Shown here piece after piece: positions 17,905-27,997 of a stretch of DNA of 64,000 bases. Location: assembly GCA_934725355.1 (NCBI GenBank), contig CAKVAO010000002.1, forward strand, positions 73,714 to 137,713, read 5' to 3'. The notes below the pieces were generated by a model, which searched no databases, was not told the DNA's origin, and saw only the letters and a list, made by a program, of their open reading frames with translations. Position 1 is the first letter of the stretch. The number at the start of each line of letters is the position of its first letter. The translations under genes and the position numbers were made by a program. The stretch comes from an uncultured Candidatus Saccharibacteria bacterium (GTDB lineage: Bacteria > Patescibacteriota > Saccharimonadia > Saccharimonadales > Saccharimonadaceae).

Positions 17905-19032
17905 TTATTTTACCCTTACTTTAAATCCGCCTAAGTTAATACCATTGTGTAGCTCGGCGTGTGGCTCGTTTTCGCCCTTAGCCTCTGCTTTTGCAATTGC
18001 GGCTTCGGCGGCGTCAGTCGCAACATCAGACGATTGCTGTTCGTCGTATTCCTGATATAGCTTACCTAGTTCGCGAATTAGTTCGGGGACGAACACGTCA
18101 TAATCTTCGTATACGCGAAAGCCTGCCGCGTAAGGATGTCCATCACCGCCAAATGTCTTGGCTAGTAAGTTCGATACTGGTATGTTAGAGCGAATCTTGC
18201 CGGTTATTTTGCCATCTGGATATGTCTTGATACCGATAGCTAAATCAACGCCAATTACTAGACGCATCTCGTCTAGCACTAGCATAGTTGGGTTATATTC
18301 GTTGCTGTATTCGTGAATTTCTTCGAATGGAACATGAACAAAGGCTGTGCGACCGTCGTTATAGTATTCGATGCGTTCAATTAGTTGACCTTTGTATTCT
18401 AGGATGCGTGGTGACTTCTTCATCAGCTCGCGGCGAGCCTCTTCTAGCTCGTACGGATTAGCGCCGTGGCGCATTAGTTCGGCACATGCCTCATAGCTTT
18501 CGGGGGTGGTGGCTGGTGTGGTTAGCCCCAGTGAGTCTGCCTGAATTGAGATGTATATCTTCTCGGCGGCGTCTTTGCTGATTGGCCACTTTTCCTCGTT
18601 GCAGATGTCTAGGATTAGTTCGCCCGTTGATACTGCGGTGTCGCTAATGATATAGTCACAATCAAACGGCAAATCTGGGTCTACGCCAACGTGGTGGTCT
18701 AAGGCGATTACTGGATGACTCGACAGAAAACTCATGGTTGCTGGGTCGTCGGTGGTCTTACTCATCAGTGATTTGGCGGAAGTATCAACAATAATCGCCA
18801 TATCGCAGTCATAGAGAAAATCCATTGATACTCGATCCCAGCCTTCGACGTAACGTAGATATGTTGGAATCTGTACTGGGCAATGTAAGCTAATTGATTT
18901 GCCCATGTCGCTGAAAATAGCCTCGAGCGCCAAAGCCGAGCCCAAGCTGTCGCCATCGGGGTTTTCAGCCTGCAGAACAGCAATGCGCTTAGCGTTGGCG
19001 ATTAGCTCTCTTTGCTTGTCGTTTAAAATCAT
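17905..19032 (-). CDS. DHH/DHHA1 phosphoesterase (NrnA-like nanoRNase/pAp phosphatase)
   Basis: Motifs are DGDSLGS, DTS, DHH and GGDGHPYAAG. Confidence 0.8.
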   Translation of the reverse strand: MILNDKQRELIANAKRIAVLQAENPDGDSLGSALALEAIFSDMGKSISLHCPVQIPTYLRYVEGWDRVSMDFLYDCDMAIIVDTSAKSLMSKTTDDPATMSFLSSHPVIALDHHVGVDPDLPFDCDYIISDTAVSTGELILDICNEEKWPISKDAAEKIYISIQADSLGLTTPATTPESYEACAELMRHGANPYELEEARRELMKKSPRILEYKGQLIERIEYYNDGRTAFVHVPFEEIHEYSNEYNPTMLVLDEMRLVIGVDLAIGIKTYPDGKITGKIRSNIPVSNLLAKTFGGDGHPYAAGFRVYEDYDVFVPELIRELGKLYQEYDEQQSSDVATDAAEAAIAKAEAKGENEPHAELHNGINLGGFKVRVK

Positions 19033-19055
19033 TGCTACTATTATACATCACAATT

Positions 19056-19064
19056 TGGTACAAT
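19056..19064 (+). promoter_or_regulatory. extended -10 (TGgTACAAT) 6 nt upstream of ATG 19071
   Basis: Plus strand reads ttTGgTACAATtaacgcATG. Confidence 0.5.
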
Positions 19065-19070
19065 TAACGC

Positions 19071-20822
19071 ATGGCCGATAAAAAGCAAAAAGTCAAAAAA
19101 TTTATCTCGTCGCCCCTGTGTGCGTTTGCTATGGGCGGTGTTATTGCAGCGTTGATATTCGGTGCAATCTATGGTTGGTCAGTTGTCTGGCCATGGAACG
19201 TCGACTGGATTTGGCATAGTGTGACACATGATACGGCTCAGCATTATCTAGGTTGGGCGTTCTTCGCTAGCGATTCGACGGGCGGTACAATTAATGGACT
19301 AGCTTATCCGTACGGTCTGAGCATTTCGTTTATGGACGCGATTCCTTTGCTAGCCTTCCCTGCAAAGTGGCTGGGGCTAGGCGTGAATATCCAGTATTTT
19401 GGCTTGTGGGCGCTAACCTGCTTTATTCTGATGGGTGGGCTGAGTGTCATACTGCTGCGACGCATATGGGTTAAGGTGTTTGGTGATAAAAAATCTAATT
19501 CTGCTAGCTCATTGCTGTTTGCGAGTGTTGGCTCGGTTATTTTTGTGCTTAGTCCAATGATGTTAGCTCGTACGCTGTATCACCCTGCGCTTGCTGCGCA
19601 GTGGCTGATTTTGCTGGCGTTTCTGGTTATTTGGGATAGCAACAAAGAACGAACAGCTGGGCGGTTTGTGTTGATTTGGTCGGGGCTATTGGTACTTAGT
19701 GTGTTAATTCACCCCTATTTTCTACCCATGATGGGTGCGATGATGTTGATTAGTTTGGTTTGTACCTACCAGACTATTAAGGGTAAAAACTGCCGTGTGG
19801 CACTAAGGCTTGCGTTGTACGTTGTTGCGCCAGTTGTAGCGGCGCTATTGGTATTTTGGGCGATTGGTGGATTTAGTTTGGGCGGTGGCGCTGAGGTCTA
19901 TGACTTACCGGAAAAAGGTTTTAATTTGCTAAGTTTCTTTAATCCGCTAGGCTACTCTGCGCTAATACCGGGCTATGCAAACGCCTCTAGCTCACCTGAG
20001 ACGTTAATGTGGCTGGGGTTGGGCGTATTGACTGCATTGATAGTCGCTACTGTGTTGTGGGTTGGCAACTATCGGCAGTCGCTTATTGCTTTGCACGCCA
20101 AGTTTGAGGCGCATCGTGCGCACTATGTGTTATACGGCCTTATAGGGCTGGCGCTGCTGCTATTTGCTATTGGTGTGCGAGCTGACTTTGGTCCAGTTAC
20201 GTTATTTAGCTATCAGTCGCTAGTGCCTGCTAAAATCTATGACCTTTGGACGGCATTTCGGGCGGCGGCGCGCGAAGCATGGCCTTTCTATTATTTAATT
20301 GTGTTTGCTGTTTTCTACTGGCTACTGTTGGGGCTTACTAAACACCGTATTAATAAAACGCCAGCTATGACTATGTCAGTAGTCGCTGTGATTACCATGA
20401 CGATTGTTGCACTGGTTCAATCTCTCGACATTATGAATAGCCCAGCCGTTATCGCCAAATATAGAGGATTTAAAACCGCTCGCACTACTGCGCCCGAATA
20501 CAAGCCGATCGATTTGACGGGAATTAAAACTAGCGCCCATAAACATCTGATTGCACTAGACCAGGGCTTTCGTGGTAATCAAGCAGAATTTTATACTATG
20601 GGTCAGACTGCCTTGCGTAATAATCTGACATTAAATACAGGCTTCTTTGCTAGAGTGCCGCAGCAAGCTAAGACCGACCAAGTAAAATGGCGCAACAAGG
20701 TTGAACAATGTAAGTTGTCGCGTCAGGACAGAACGGAGAGCCTATACTTTACGAATGATAAAACATGGATTCCTAGTTGCTATAGCTTCGTAGAACGCTC
20801 CGGTATTTACATTCTACAGTAG
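19071..20822 (+). CDS. large polytopic membrane protein (GT-C-like topology, function unknown)
   Basis: 583 aa with about 12 TM segments followed by a soluble C-terminal domain. Confidence 0.55.
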   Translation: MADKKQKVKKFISSPLCAFAMGGVIAALIFGAIYGWSVVWPWNVDWIWHSVTHDTAQHYLGWAFFASDSTGGTINGLAYPYGLSISFMDAIPLLAFPAKWLGLGVNIQYFGLWALTCFILMGGLSVILLRRIWVKVFGDKKSNSASSLLFASVGSVIFVLSPMMLARTLYHPALAAQWLILLAFLVIWDSNKERTAGRFVLIWSGLLVLSVLIHPYFLPMMGAMMLISLVCTYQTIKGKNCRVALRLALYVVAPVVAALLVFWAIGGFSLGGGAEVYDLPEKGFNLLSFFNPLGYSALIPGYANASSSPETLMWLGLGVLTALIVATVLWVGNYRQSLIALHAKFEAHRAHYVLYGLIGLALLLFAIGVRADFGPVTLFSYQSLVPAKIYDLWTAFRAAAREAWPFYYLIVFAVFYWLLLGLTKHRINKTPAMTMSVVAVITMTIVALVQSLDIMNSPAVIAKYRGFKTARTTAPEYKPIDLTGIKTSAHKHLIALDQGFRGNQAEFYTMGQTALRNNLTLNTGFFARVPQQAKTDQVKWRNKVEQCKLSRQDRTESLYFTNDKTWIPSCYSFVERSGIYILQ

Positions 20823-20900
20823 TTATGTTATTATAATAAGTGTCTTTCTGGAGCTACCTAGAAAGTTGTTCCTTATTAATTAGATTGGAGAACGATTATT

Positions 20901-21443
20901 ATGGCCAAGTTGCTATTCGTCTATCCGGGCAACATAATTGCTATTTGCTTTGCCGTATTGATACTTGTAGAGATCTTGATGAGCTTTCCACGCAAGTATA
21001 CGGCTAATCTGGCTATGATGAAGCGCCGTCTTGCAAGCGCATTGGACAAAGCCGCGGCTTTCTTCGCGGGTGCATTTATCCTTGTTGTCGTCTTGACGGT
21101 GTGTCTAAGTGCTATTGGACAGTATGACAAGTCGATGATTCGTATCTGGATGGCTATTGCAGCCTTGCTTGTTGTCGTCCTGTTCCTGCGTGTTTTTGTG
21201 CTGATGGTCGGCTTTTCGTCGTTGGAGCGTAAATTCTTCGAAGACCACAGCAAGGACATTATCGAAGCCAGCAAAGCTGATAAAGCTAAACCAGGAAAGG
21301 AGAGCTGGTCGCAAAAAACTGCACGGAAGGATAATACAATACCTGCAAGTTGGGGCGATTTTAACAATAATTCTAGCGGTACGCCCAGCGTAGGTCACGC
21401 CGGTCCCAAAGCGAAAACTACAGATTTCCAACAGAGTAAGTAA
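20901..21443 (+). CDS. small membrane protein, function unknown
   Basis: Three hydrophobic segments and a polar tail. GGAGAA lies upstream and a terminator lies downstream. The antisense ORFs are rejected. Confidence 0.6.
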   Translation: MAKLLFVYPGNIIAICFAVLILVEILMSFPRKYTANLAMMKRRLASALDKAAAFFAGAFILVVVLTVCLSAIGQYDKSMIRIWMAIAALLVVVLFLRVFVLMVGFSSLERKFFEDHSKDIIEASKADKAKPGKESWSQKTARKDNTIPASWGDFNNNSSGTPSVGHAGPKAKTTDFQQSK

Positions 21444-21462
21444 TAATCAGTATTCCAACTTT

Positions 21463-21490
21463 AAAGAGCCTGCGCTAGCAGGCTCTTTTT
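21463..21490. terminator. rho-independent terminator (bidirectional, also faces recR)
   Basis: AAAGAGCCTGC-gcta-GCAGGCTCTTTTT. Confidence 0.8.
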
Positions 21491-21506
21491 ACTTTAGGCA
21501 ATTATA

Positions 21507-22142
21507 TTAGCGCATTGTGTTACGACCACTTAGCGCATGTGACAAAGTGATTTGATCGGCGTACTCTAGGTCAACGCCAATGGGTATACCACGGGCTAAG
21601 CGGGTAATTTTAACATCCGTTAGATCGGCCTGCTCTAGCTGCTTTTGGATATATAGCGCGGTAGACTCACCTTCCACGCTGGCATTGGTTGCTAGAATTA
21701 CCTCGTGGACTTTATCGCATTTGATACGTTTGATTAATTCTGGTATATGCAGTTCTTCTGGTCCTATGCCGTCGATTGGTGAAATTACCCCGCCCAGCAC
21801 GTGATAAGTGCCTTTGTATTGGCCAGTATTCTCAAGTGCCAACACGTCAAACGGGTCTTCAACCACAGCAACAGTCTGTCGATCGCGATCAGGTGTGCTA
21901 TATAGTGGCGAAACATCATCGGCAGCGTCGATCAGAGCAAAAGTCACTGGACAACGTTTGACTTCATCATGCAGGCGATATAGCGCCTCAGCTAGTTCGG
22001 TCGACTTTTTAGGTGCGCTTTTTAGACATGCGTAAGCATAGCGTTCGGCAGTTTTATTGCCAACGCTGGGTAGACTACTAAAGGCGTCAATCAAGTTGAC
22101 TAATGCCTTTGGTAACGAACTCTTGGTTTTATTTGGTTGCAT
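21507..22142 (-). CDS. recR: recombination protein RecR (zinc-finger cysteines missing)
   Basis: HhH motif is LPSVGNKTAERYA. The Toprim/C-terminal region is VAVVEDPFDVLALENTGQYKGTYHVLGG...EVILATNASVEGESTALY...RLARGIPIGVDLEYAD. Confidence 0.88.
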   Translation of the reverse strand: MQPNKTKSSLPKALVNLIDAFSSLPSVGNKTAERYAYACLKSAPKKSTELAEALYRLHDEVKRCPVTFALIDAADDVSPLYSTPDRDRQTVAVVEDPFDVLALENTGQYKGTYHVLGGVISPIDGIGPEELHIPELIKRIKCDKVHEVILATNASVEGESTALYIQKQLEQADLTDVKITRLARGIPIGVDLEYADQITLSHALSGRNTMR

Positions 22143-22156
22143 GTTCCCTGCTAGAC

Positions 22157-22456
22157 TTATATCCCTAGACCGCCCATTAGGCCGCCCATCATCGGCTTCA
22201 TCTTGTCGGCAGCAACCTCTTGAGCACCCTTTAGACCATCGCGAATTGCAGCCTTGATCCAGCCCTCTAGTTCTTCGACATCGTTCATGTCGATTAGATC
22301 AGGATTTAGCTTGACGCTTTCAACCTTTAGTTCACCGTTAAATTGAATAACCACAGCGCCGTTACCAGCTTCAACCTCGATGATTTCCTTAGACAGCTCT
22401 TTCTGCATTTTGCGCATTTTCTGCACCATTGCCATTTGTTCTTTGAATCCAGCCAT
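22157..22456 (-). CDS. ybaB: YbaB/EbfC nucleoid-associated protein
   Basis: 99 aa. MQKMRKMQKEL...VEAGNGAVVIQFNGELKVESVKLNPDLID. Sits in the classic dnaX-ybaB-recR neighbourhood. Confidence 0.85.
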   Translation of the reverse strand: MAGFKEQMAMVQKMRKMQKELSKEIIEVEAGNGAVVIQFNGELKVESVKLNPDLIDMNDVEELEGWIKAAIRDGLKGAQEVAADKMKPMMGGLMGGLGI

Positions 22457-22496
22457 TAAAATATCCTCCTTTATGTAACATGTAAATTATAACATA

Positions 22497-22505
22497 TGAT
22501 AAAAT
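22497..22505 (+). promoter_or_regulatory. extended -10 (TGaTAAAAT) 7 nt upstream of ATG 22513
   Basis: Plus strand reads taTGaTAAAATataagtaATG. Confidence 0.5.
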
Positions 22506-22512
22506 ATAAGTA

Positions 22513-24030
22513 ATGAAAAGGAAAAGCGCAATCCATCAGAGTTTGCTGTATCGTTATCGCTATGTCATTGCAGTGGTTGTTCTAACGCTATTAGCGGCGT
22601 TTATGGTTGGGTATAAGTTCTGGTGTGTGCCTAGTGGGCTAACTGACGCAGAGGTGCAATCGGCTGCTCTGTCGGGTAGTCTATCTGTACGAGCAATTTC
22701 TAGTAGCTTCGCGTCAGGTGACTGGGTGAATTATGTGGTATCCCTGCCGTGGACTGTGTTGCAGAAAGCTAGTATCGCCCTGCTCGGTCCAACTGTTTTG
22801 GCGTTTCGTTTGCCGTCCGTGATACTAATGCTACTAGCAGCACTACTGGGTATCGTGCTGCTGCGTAAGCTAACTCGCCCCAACTTAGCAATGATTGGCG
22901 GCTTTTTGATGGTTTCGAGCGCTTTTTATATCGGTATTGGGCGTAGTGGTACAGATGCTGCAATGACGACGTTTTTGCTAACGGCTGTTTTATTACTAGG
23001 CTATAACTTAATTAACCAGGCTAAGTCTAATTCTTGGACTGTGGTAATAAAGTTAGGACTTGTTGTAGTAATGGCGCTTTTAGCATATATGCCAGGTGGT
23101 ATTTATTTAGACGCTGCGCTTTTCGCGGTGGCAATGTTACATCCACGCATTCGGTTGGTTCTGATGCAACACAAGGCTAGCAGTATTCTATACATAGTTC
23201 TGCTGCTCGCTATGTTGCTGCCTATAACTATTACTATCGTTAACGATACGTCGATCATTAAGCCACTGCTATTAATTGGTGATAAATGGCAGGTTGGCAA
23301 TATTGGCTTGGCCCTGAGAGGATACGCTGGGACGGTGACTGATATGGTCGGTCCGTTTGTTGTGCCGATGTTGACTATTGTTGATCTAATATTAGTGGTA
23401 ATTGGTTTAGTCTCGATAGTGCGAGCGATGTCGTCGGTACGTGCTTTTACGGTTATAATTATGGGCTTCGTGATATTGATAATGTCGTTTGCGCGGCCTA
23501 CGCTGATTTACCTGCTGTTTATTCCTTCGACTATACTTGAAACAATCGGTATGGGATGGTTAATTAATTGCTGGTACGGCTTGTTCCCGCGCAATCCCTA
23601 TGCGCGCACTTTTGCAATCATACCGCTGACAGTTCTGATTGTATCGGTGGGCTGGCTGAACATTAATCGCTACTTTAATTCGTTAAATTACTGTGCCGAT
23701 ATTGCCTATCAATATGATTACGAGTATCTGATTGTGCAGCGCGAGCTGGCTGCTACTAAAAAACCTAATGACATAGCGGTCGTAGTCGACTCAGAACCAC
23801 GCTTGTACAAAATGCTGGCTAATAAATACGGTGTAAACATATTGGTTAATGGTGATAAGGCTTCTAAGCAAGATAAATCAGCAGTCAAAAAACAACTTGA
23901 CGAAAATCGGTATAGTAAAGTCATCGTTACGAGATCATCAGGCTACACACCTAAAGATATGAAACTAGTGAAGGTTGCGTCTGGGTGGACTAGCCAAAAT
24001 CCTGCTACGGTTCTAGTTTACTCTAAATAA
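22513..24030 (+). CDS. polytopic membrane protein, ArnT/PMT (GT39/GT83)-like glycosyltransferase candidate
   Basis: 505 aa with many TM segments. RLPSVILMLLAALLGIVLL is typical of the GT-C N-terminal region. Confidence 0.45.
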   Translation: MKRKSAIHQSLLYRYRYVIAVVVLTLLAAFMVGYKFWCVPSGLTDAEVQSAALSGSLSVRAISSSFASGDWVNYVVSLPWTVLQKASIALLGPTVLAFRLPSVILMLLAALLGIVLLRKLTRPNLAMIGGFLMVSSAFYIGIGRSGTDAAMTTFLLTAVLLLGYNLINQAKSNSWTVVIKLGLVVVMALLAYMPGGIYLDAALFAVAMLHPRIRLVLMQHKASSILYIVLLLAMLLPITITIVNDTSIIKPLLLIGDKWQVGNIGLALRGYAGTVTDMVGPFVVPMLTIVDLILVVIGLVSIVRAMSSVRAFTVIIMGFVILIMSFARPTLIYLLFIPSTILETIGMGWLINCWYGLFPRNPYARTFAIIPLTVLIVSVGWLNINRYFNSLNYCADIAYQYDYEYLIVQRELAATKKPNDIAVVVDSEPRLYKMLANKYGVNILVNGDKASKQDKSAVKKQLDENRYSKVIVTRSSGYTPKDMKLVKVASGWTSQNPATVLVYSK

Positions 24031-24084
24031 ATAATACCGCTGGTATTCCGGCGGTACACTTTAATGTCGCGTTAGCTGCGAGGA

Positions 24085-25461
24085 CTAATGTTTGCGCTTC
24101 TCTAGTGACATGAACTTCAGACGGTCTGGGTGGAAGTACAGCTCGATATTACCAGTTGGACCGTTACGATGTTTGGCGATAATCAAATCAGTGATATGCT
24201 GACGTTCTGTATCGGGGTTATAGTAATCCTCGCGATATAGGAACATCACAATATCAGCATCCTGCTCGATAGAACCGGATTCGCGAAGATCTGACAGCAT
24301 CGGTCGTTTATCAGGGCGCGCTTCGACAGAGCGTGACAGCTGTGATAGTGCTACAACTGGAACATTTAGCTCGCGAGCAATTAGCTTGAGACCGCGGGAG
24401 ATTTCTGACACCTCCTGCACGCGATTGTCGCCATAGTTTTTGCTGCCGCTCATTAGCTGTAAATAGTCGATTACAATCAGCCCTAGCGGTGTCTTGTGAG
24501 CTTGGCGCTGAGCCATGGTTTTCATCTCTAGTACAGTCATGCCTGGCTTATCGCAGAAGAAGATGGGCGCTTCGGCCATCTCACCCATCGCCTCGGAAAT
24601 CTTAGCGAAGTCTTCTTCAGTTAGCTTGCCTGTGCGAATATTCCAGCTGTCGACGCCTGCTGCCTCAGCAATCATGCGGTCGACGGTCTGGTCGTTGCTC
24701 ATCTCGAGGTTAAAGATCAGCACCGCTTTCTTCTCGCGGCTGGCTACGTTATAAGCTAGATTCTGCGCGAAGGTTGACTTACCCATGGCTGGACGAGCAG
24801 CTAGAATAATCAAATCTGACTTTTGTAGACCAGCAGTTAGACGGTCAAGGTCCTTAAATCCAGTGCGAACGCCACGCAGTTGATCTTTATTACGGTGGAG
24901 CATTTCCATGCGGTCGAAGGACTGCGTCAGAATGGATTCTAGTGGTGTTAAATCACCTTTCTGAGACGACTCGCTGACTGCATATAGGTCAGCCTCGGCC
25001 TGTGCTAGTGCCTTTTGTACGTCATCGGCTTGGTCGAACCCTAGTCGCGTAATTTTTGCGCCAGCACCAATTAGGCGACGGCGAACTGCAGCGTTGGCAA
25101 TAATATTAGCGTATTCAACAGCATGGGCTGAGCTAGGCACGATGTTAGTTAGGTCGCCTAGGTACTGTATGCCACCAATCATAGATATACTGCCAGCGTT
25201 TTTTAGTTCGGTACCGAGCGTCAGTATATCTATGGGTGAATGGCGCTCGTATAACTTTAGCATGGTGGCAAAGATTGTAGCGTTGTGCTTGTCGTAAAAG
25301 TCTTCGGCGTGTACTTTGTCGGCAATATCGACCAAGACTTCTTGGTCCATTAAAATAGCGCCCAGTAGCGACTGCTCAGCCTCTATATTTTGCGGTGGCA
25401 CTTTACCAGAGGCATCATTGTAGTTATCTTGGTCTTGATAATCCTGATTAGATCTCGGCAT
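24085..25461 (-). CDS. dnaB: replicative DNA helicase DnaB
   Basis: Walker A is ARPAMGKST, with DYLQLM and a RecA-like C-terminal domain. Start is set at MPRSNQ (ATG 25461), with GGAGAGG 9 nt upstream. It overlaps the dnaX 3' end by 14 nt. Confidence 0.92.
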   Translation of the reverse strand: MPRSNQDYQDQDNYNDASGKVPPQNIEAEQSLLGAILMDQEVLVDIADKVHAEDFYDKHNATIFATMLKLYERHSPIDILTLGTELKNAGSISMIGGIQYLGDLTNIVPSSAHAVEYANIIANAAVRRRLIGAGAKITRLGFDQADDVQKALAQAEADLYAVSESSQKGDLTPLESILTQSFDRMEMLHRNKDQLRGVRTGFKDLDRLTAGLQKSDLIILAARPAMGKSTFAQNLAYNVASREKKAVLIFNLEMSNDQTVDRMIAEAAGVDSWNIRTGKLTEEDFAKISEAMGEMAEAPIFFCDKPGMTVLEMKTMAQRQAHKTPLGLIVIDYLQLMSGSKNYGDNRVQEVSEISRGLKLIARELNVPVVALSQLSRSVEARPDKRPMLSDLRESGSIEQDADIVMFLYREDYYNPDTERQHITDLIIAKHRNGPTGNIELYFHPDRLKFMSLEKRKH

Positions 25462-26971
25462 TTTTAACAACCTCTCCACCGCCCATTAGCTCCATCACTT
25501 TACTGGCATCACTATCAGCCGGTGCAGCATTTTTACTGATTATAATACTTGGCCTAAAATTATATAGCGACTCAATTGCTGCTGTCAACGTATCGCGAAA
25601 ATTGGCAGTATCGGCTTTTTTGCGGTGAAAAGCCTTGCTGAAGAATAATGTCAATTCGTTAGACTGTTTTGAATATCGCATTTCGGCAAATTCTATTAGA
25701 GAGCATGTCGATAATTCGTCCATGTTGGTCAATTTAGCTTTAACGTCGTCGTGCTTAATCTCTCCGTCAAAGTTAGATGGCGGGGCAATTGGGCTAACTA
25801 TTTTGTCGACCTTTTGCGCGGTAGCGGCTGCACTGGTCTTCGTAACCGCCTGCGAATGAGCTCTGGCTGTGTTTGCTGGGGTGTCTGGCTGTGTTGCCTG
25901 AATCGGCTTGATTGGCTCTAGGGGTTCGACCTTTTTATTGGCGACTGACTGAACCACCTTGATGGCTGGTAATTCTACGGTTGCTGTTTTGCTGCCCTGG
26001 CCTTTTAGGCTAGCTTCGACTAGCACAGCAATTAGTTTTTGCTCTGGCATGGCTGACTTAGGCGTGTCTAATAGTTGATTAATTATGACATATAGTTCGG
26101 GCGCATTAATAGATGCCTCGGCTAGGAATGACACAATCTGGTTGACTAGCGATTGTACACTAACTCCATCTGCTAGCATATTTTGGATATCGGTGATGAT
26201 GCCTTTGCTGTCGTGGTCAGCAATCTTCTGAACCAATCCACCAATTTGGTCGCTGGAAATCATTCCCAATACATCTTCTACCGTTGATTTAGTAATCTTG
26301 CTATTGCTGCTCGATAGCTGGTCTAGGATGGTGATGCTGTCGCGTACAGAACCACCGCCGCACTTAGCGACTAGTAGTAGTGCTTGATCATCGATATCAA
26401 TATGCTCTTTGTCGGCAATTGTCCGTAGATGTTTGGCTAGCGGTTCTGGCGCTAACGGTCTAAAATGGTAACGCTGCACACGTGACAAGATTGTTGCAGG
26501 CACTTTCTGTAGCTCTGTGGTCGCCAAGATAAAGATTGCGTGCTCAGGCGGTTCCTCGATGGTCTTTAGTAGCGCATTAAAGGCGGCCTTGCTGAGCATA
26601 TGGAATTCGTCGATGATATATACTTTGTATTTGGACTTCATCGGCGCCAAGTTAATGCTGTCGCGCAGGTTTCGAATGTCGTCTACGCTATTATTGGACG
26701 CCGCATCAATCTCGATAATATCGATGTCGCTACTGTTGATGTTGTCGTTGTAGTCTAGTCCATTGACTAGGTGTGCCAGAATGCGCGCCACAGTAGTTTT
26801 GCCGGTGCCACGTTGCCCAGTAAACAGAAAAGCGTGCGCGAAATTACCTGTTTTCGCCATTGCCGCCAAAATGTCTGTTACCTGTGGCTGCCCAATTACT
26901 TCGTCAAGTTTAGTTGGCCGGTATTTGCGGTACAACGCCAACCGTGTTTCTGTCTTCCCCGTTTTCGTCAT
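25448..26971 (-). CDS. dnaX: DNA polymerase III subunit gamma/tau
   Basis: Walker A is GQRGTGKTT, Walker B is IIDEFHML and sensor 2 is LSRVQRY. Confidence 0.92.
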   Translation of the reverse strand: MTKTGKTETRLALYRKYRPTKLDEVIGQPQVTDILAAMAKTGNFAHAFLFTGQRGTGKTTVARILAHLVNGLDYNDNINSSDIDIIEIDAASNNSVDDIRNLRDSINLAPMKSKYKVYIIDEFHMLSKAAFNALLKTIEEPPEHAIFILATTELQKVPATILSRVQRYHFRPLAPEPLAKHLRTIADKEHIDIDDQALLLVAKCGGGSVRDSITILDQLSSSNSKITKSTVEDVLGMISSDQIGGLVQKIADHDSKGIITDIQNMLADGVSVQSLVNQIVSFLAEASINAPELYVIINQLLDTPKSAMPEQKLIAVLVEASLKGQGSKTATVELPAIKVVQSVANKKVEPLEPIKPIQATQPDTPANTARAHSQAVTKTSAAATAQKVDKIVSPIAPPSNFDGEIKHDDVKAKLTNMDELSTCSLIEFAEMRYSKQSNELTLFFSKAFHRKKADTANFRDTLTAAIESLYNFRPSIIISKNAAPADSDASKVMELMGGGEVVKNAEI

Positions 26972-27049
26972 AATTATATTATACTACAGATAATCATATG
27001 CTAGGAAATGCAGTTTTGTCGAGAAGTTTTACTAGCTGTACTTGGCGTA

Positions 27050-27997
27050 CTATTTGCCTAGTGCATCATCAATGGCGCGTTCGACTGTGCTAGCTTTGTA
27101 TGAGGCAACCATCTTGCCATTAACAATAATGGTTGGTGTACCTTGAACGTTAGAATTGCTGCCCAAAGTCTTGTCGCGGTCAATCTTGGCGCTGATGTTG
27201 TTGTTTGCGTAGTTGTGGTATGCGTCAAGTAGCTTCTGTTCGTCAATGCCGCTGTTACGTGCATAATCCTTTAGCTTGCCTTCTAGTGTTTCTGTATCCA
27301 TGTATGTGCTATTAGTCCAGACACTGTCATTAAATAGCGCTTCATTAAACTTCCAATAAGCATCTTCGCCACCAGCTAGGTAAGCTGCTTCGGCTGCTCG
27401 CATGGCGACATCTGAATAAGTATGGCCAATGTTGAAATTGCGATAGATAAACAGTACTTTATTTTTATACTTATCGCGAATTTCGCGCATTTCGCCGCTG
27501 ATGCTTTGGCAATAAGGGCATGTAAAATCGGCATATTCAATGACCGTTACCTTAGCGTCCTTTGGGCCGATGAAATGATCGGGTATTTGGCCATCCGACT
27601 GGTCAACTAGCTTTAGATTTGCCTCGTCAATTGGCTGAGACGACTTATCGTAAATGCTGGTATCTGCAGCTTTGTCGCCTGCCCCACTATCTGATGTGGC
27701 TTCGGCCGTCTTGTTGTTCTTGCTGGTATCTGCAGTATAGTTGCTATATAGCGAGTATCCCAGCAGGATTATGCCGACCGATAACAGTATCCCGATAAAT
27801 AACAGAATAACGGCAATGTTATGTAGTGCTTTCTCATTCTGCGCCAGTTCCTTGCGGTTAGGTTGGCAATATTTTACAATGCCTTCTGGTATTGAATCTT
27901 TAGTGCTGATATCACGGCTAGCGCCGCTTTGTTGTGCAGCTTTAGTTGTCTTGTCTGCACTAGAGTGTTGACTGCTGCCCACCGTTTCTTTAGTCAT
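27050..27997 (-). CDS. membrane-anchored DsbA-family thiol:disulfide oxidoreductase
   Basis: Has a TM anchor and a thioredoxin fold with CPYC. Start is MTKETVG, in a TAATG overlap with the upstream gene. Confidence 0.8.
   Translation of the reverse strand: MTKETVGSSQHSSADKTTKAAQQSGASRDISTKDSIPEGIVKYCQPNRKELAQNEKALHNIAVILLFIGILLSVGIILLGYSLYSNYTADTSKNNKTAEATSDSGAGDKAADTSIYDKSSQPIDEANLKLVDQSDGQIPDHFIGPKDAKVTVIEYADFTCPYCQSISGEMREIRDKYKNKVLFIYRNFNIGHTYSDVAMRAAEAAYLAGGEDAYWKFNEALFNDSVWTNSTYMDTETLEGKLKDYARNSGIDEQKLLDAYHNYANNNISAKIDRDKTLGSNSNVQGTPTIIVNGKMVASYKASTVERAIDDALGK

Noticed and set aside
25605-25625. CAAAAAAG in dnaX as a programmed -1 frameshift site (E. coli gamma/tau type)
   Set aside because: The codon phase is CGC AAA AAA GCC, not A AAA AAG. 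The site is about 50 codons from the C-terminus, so it could not generate a meaningful gamma product.
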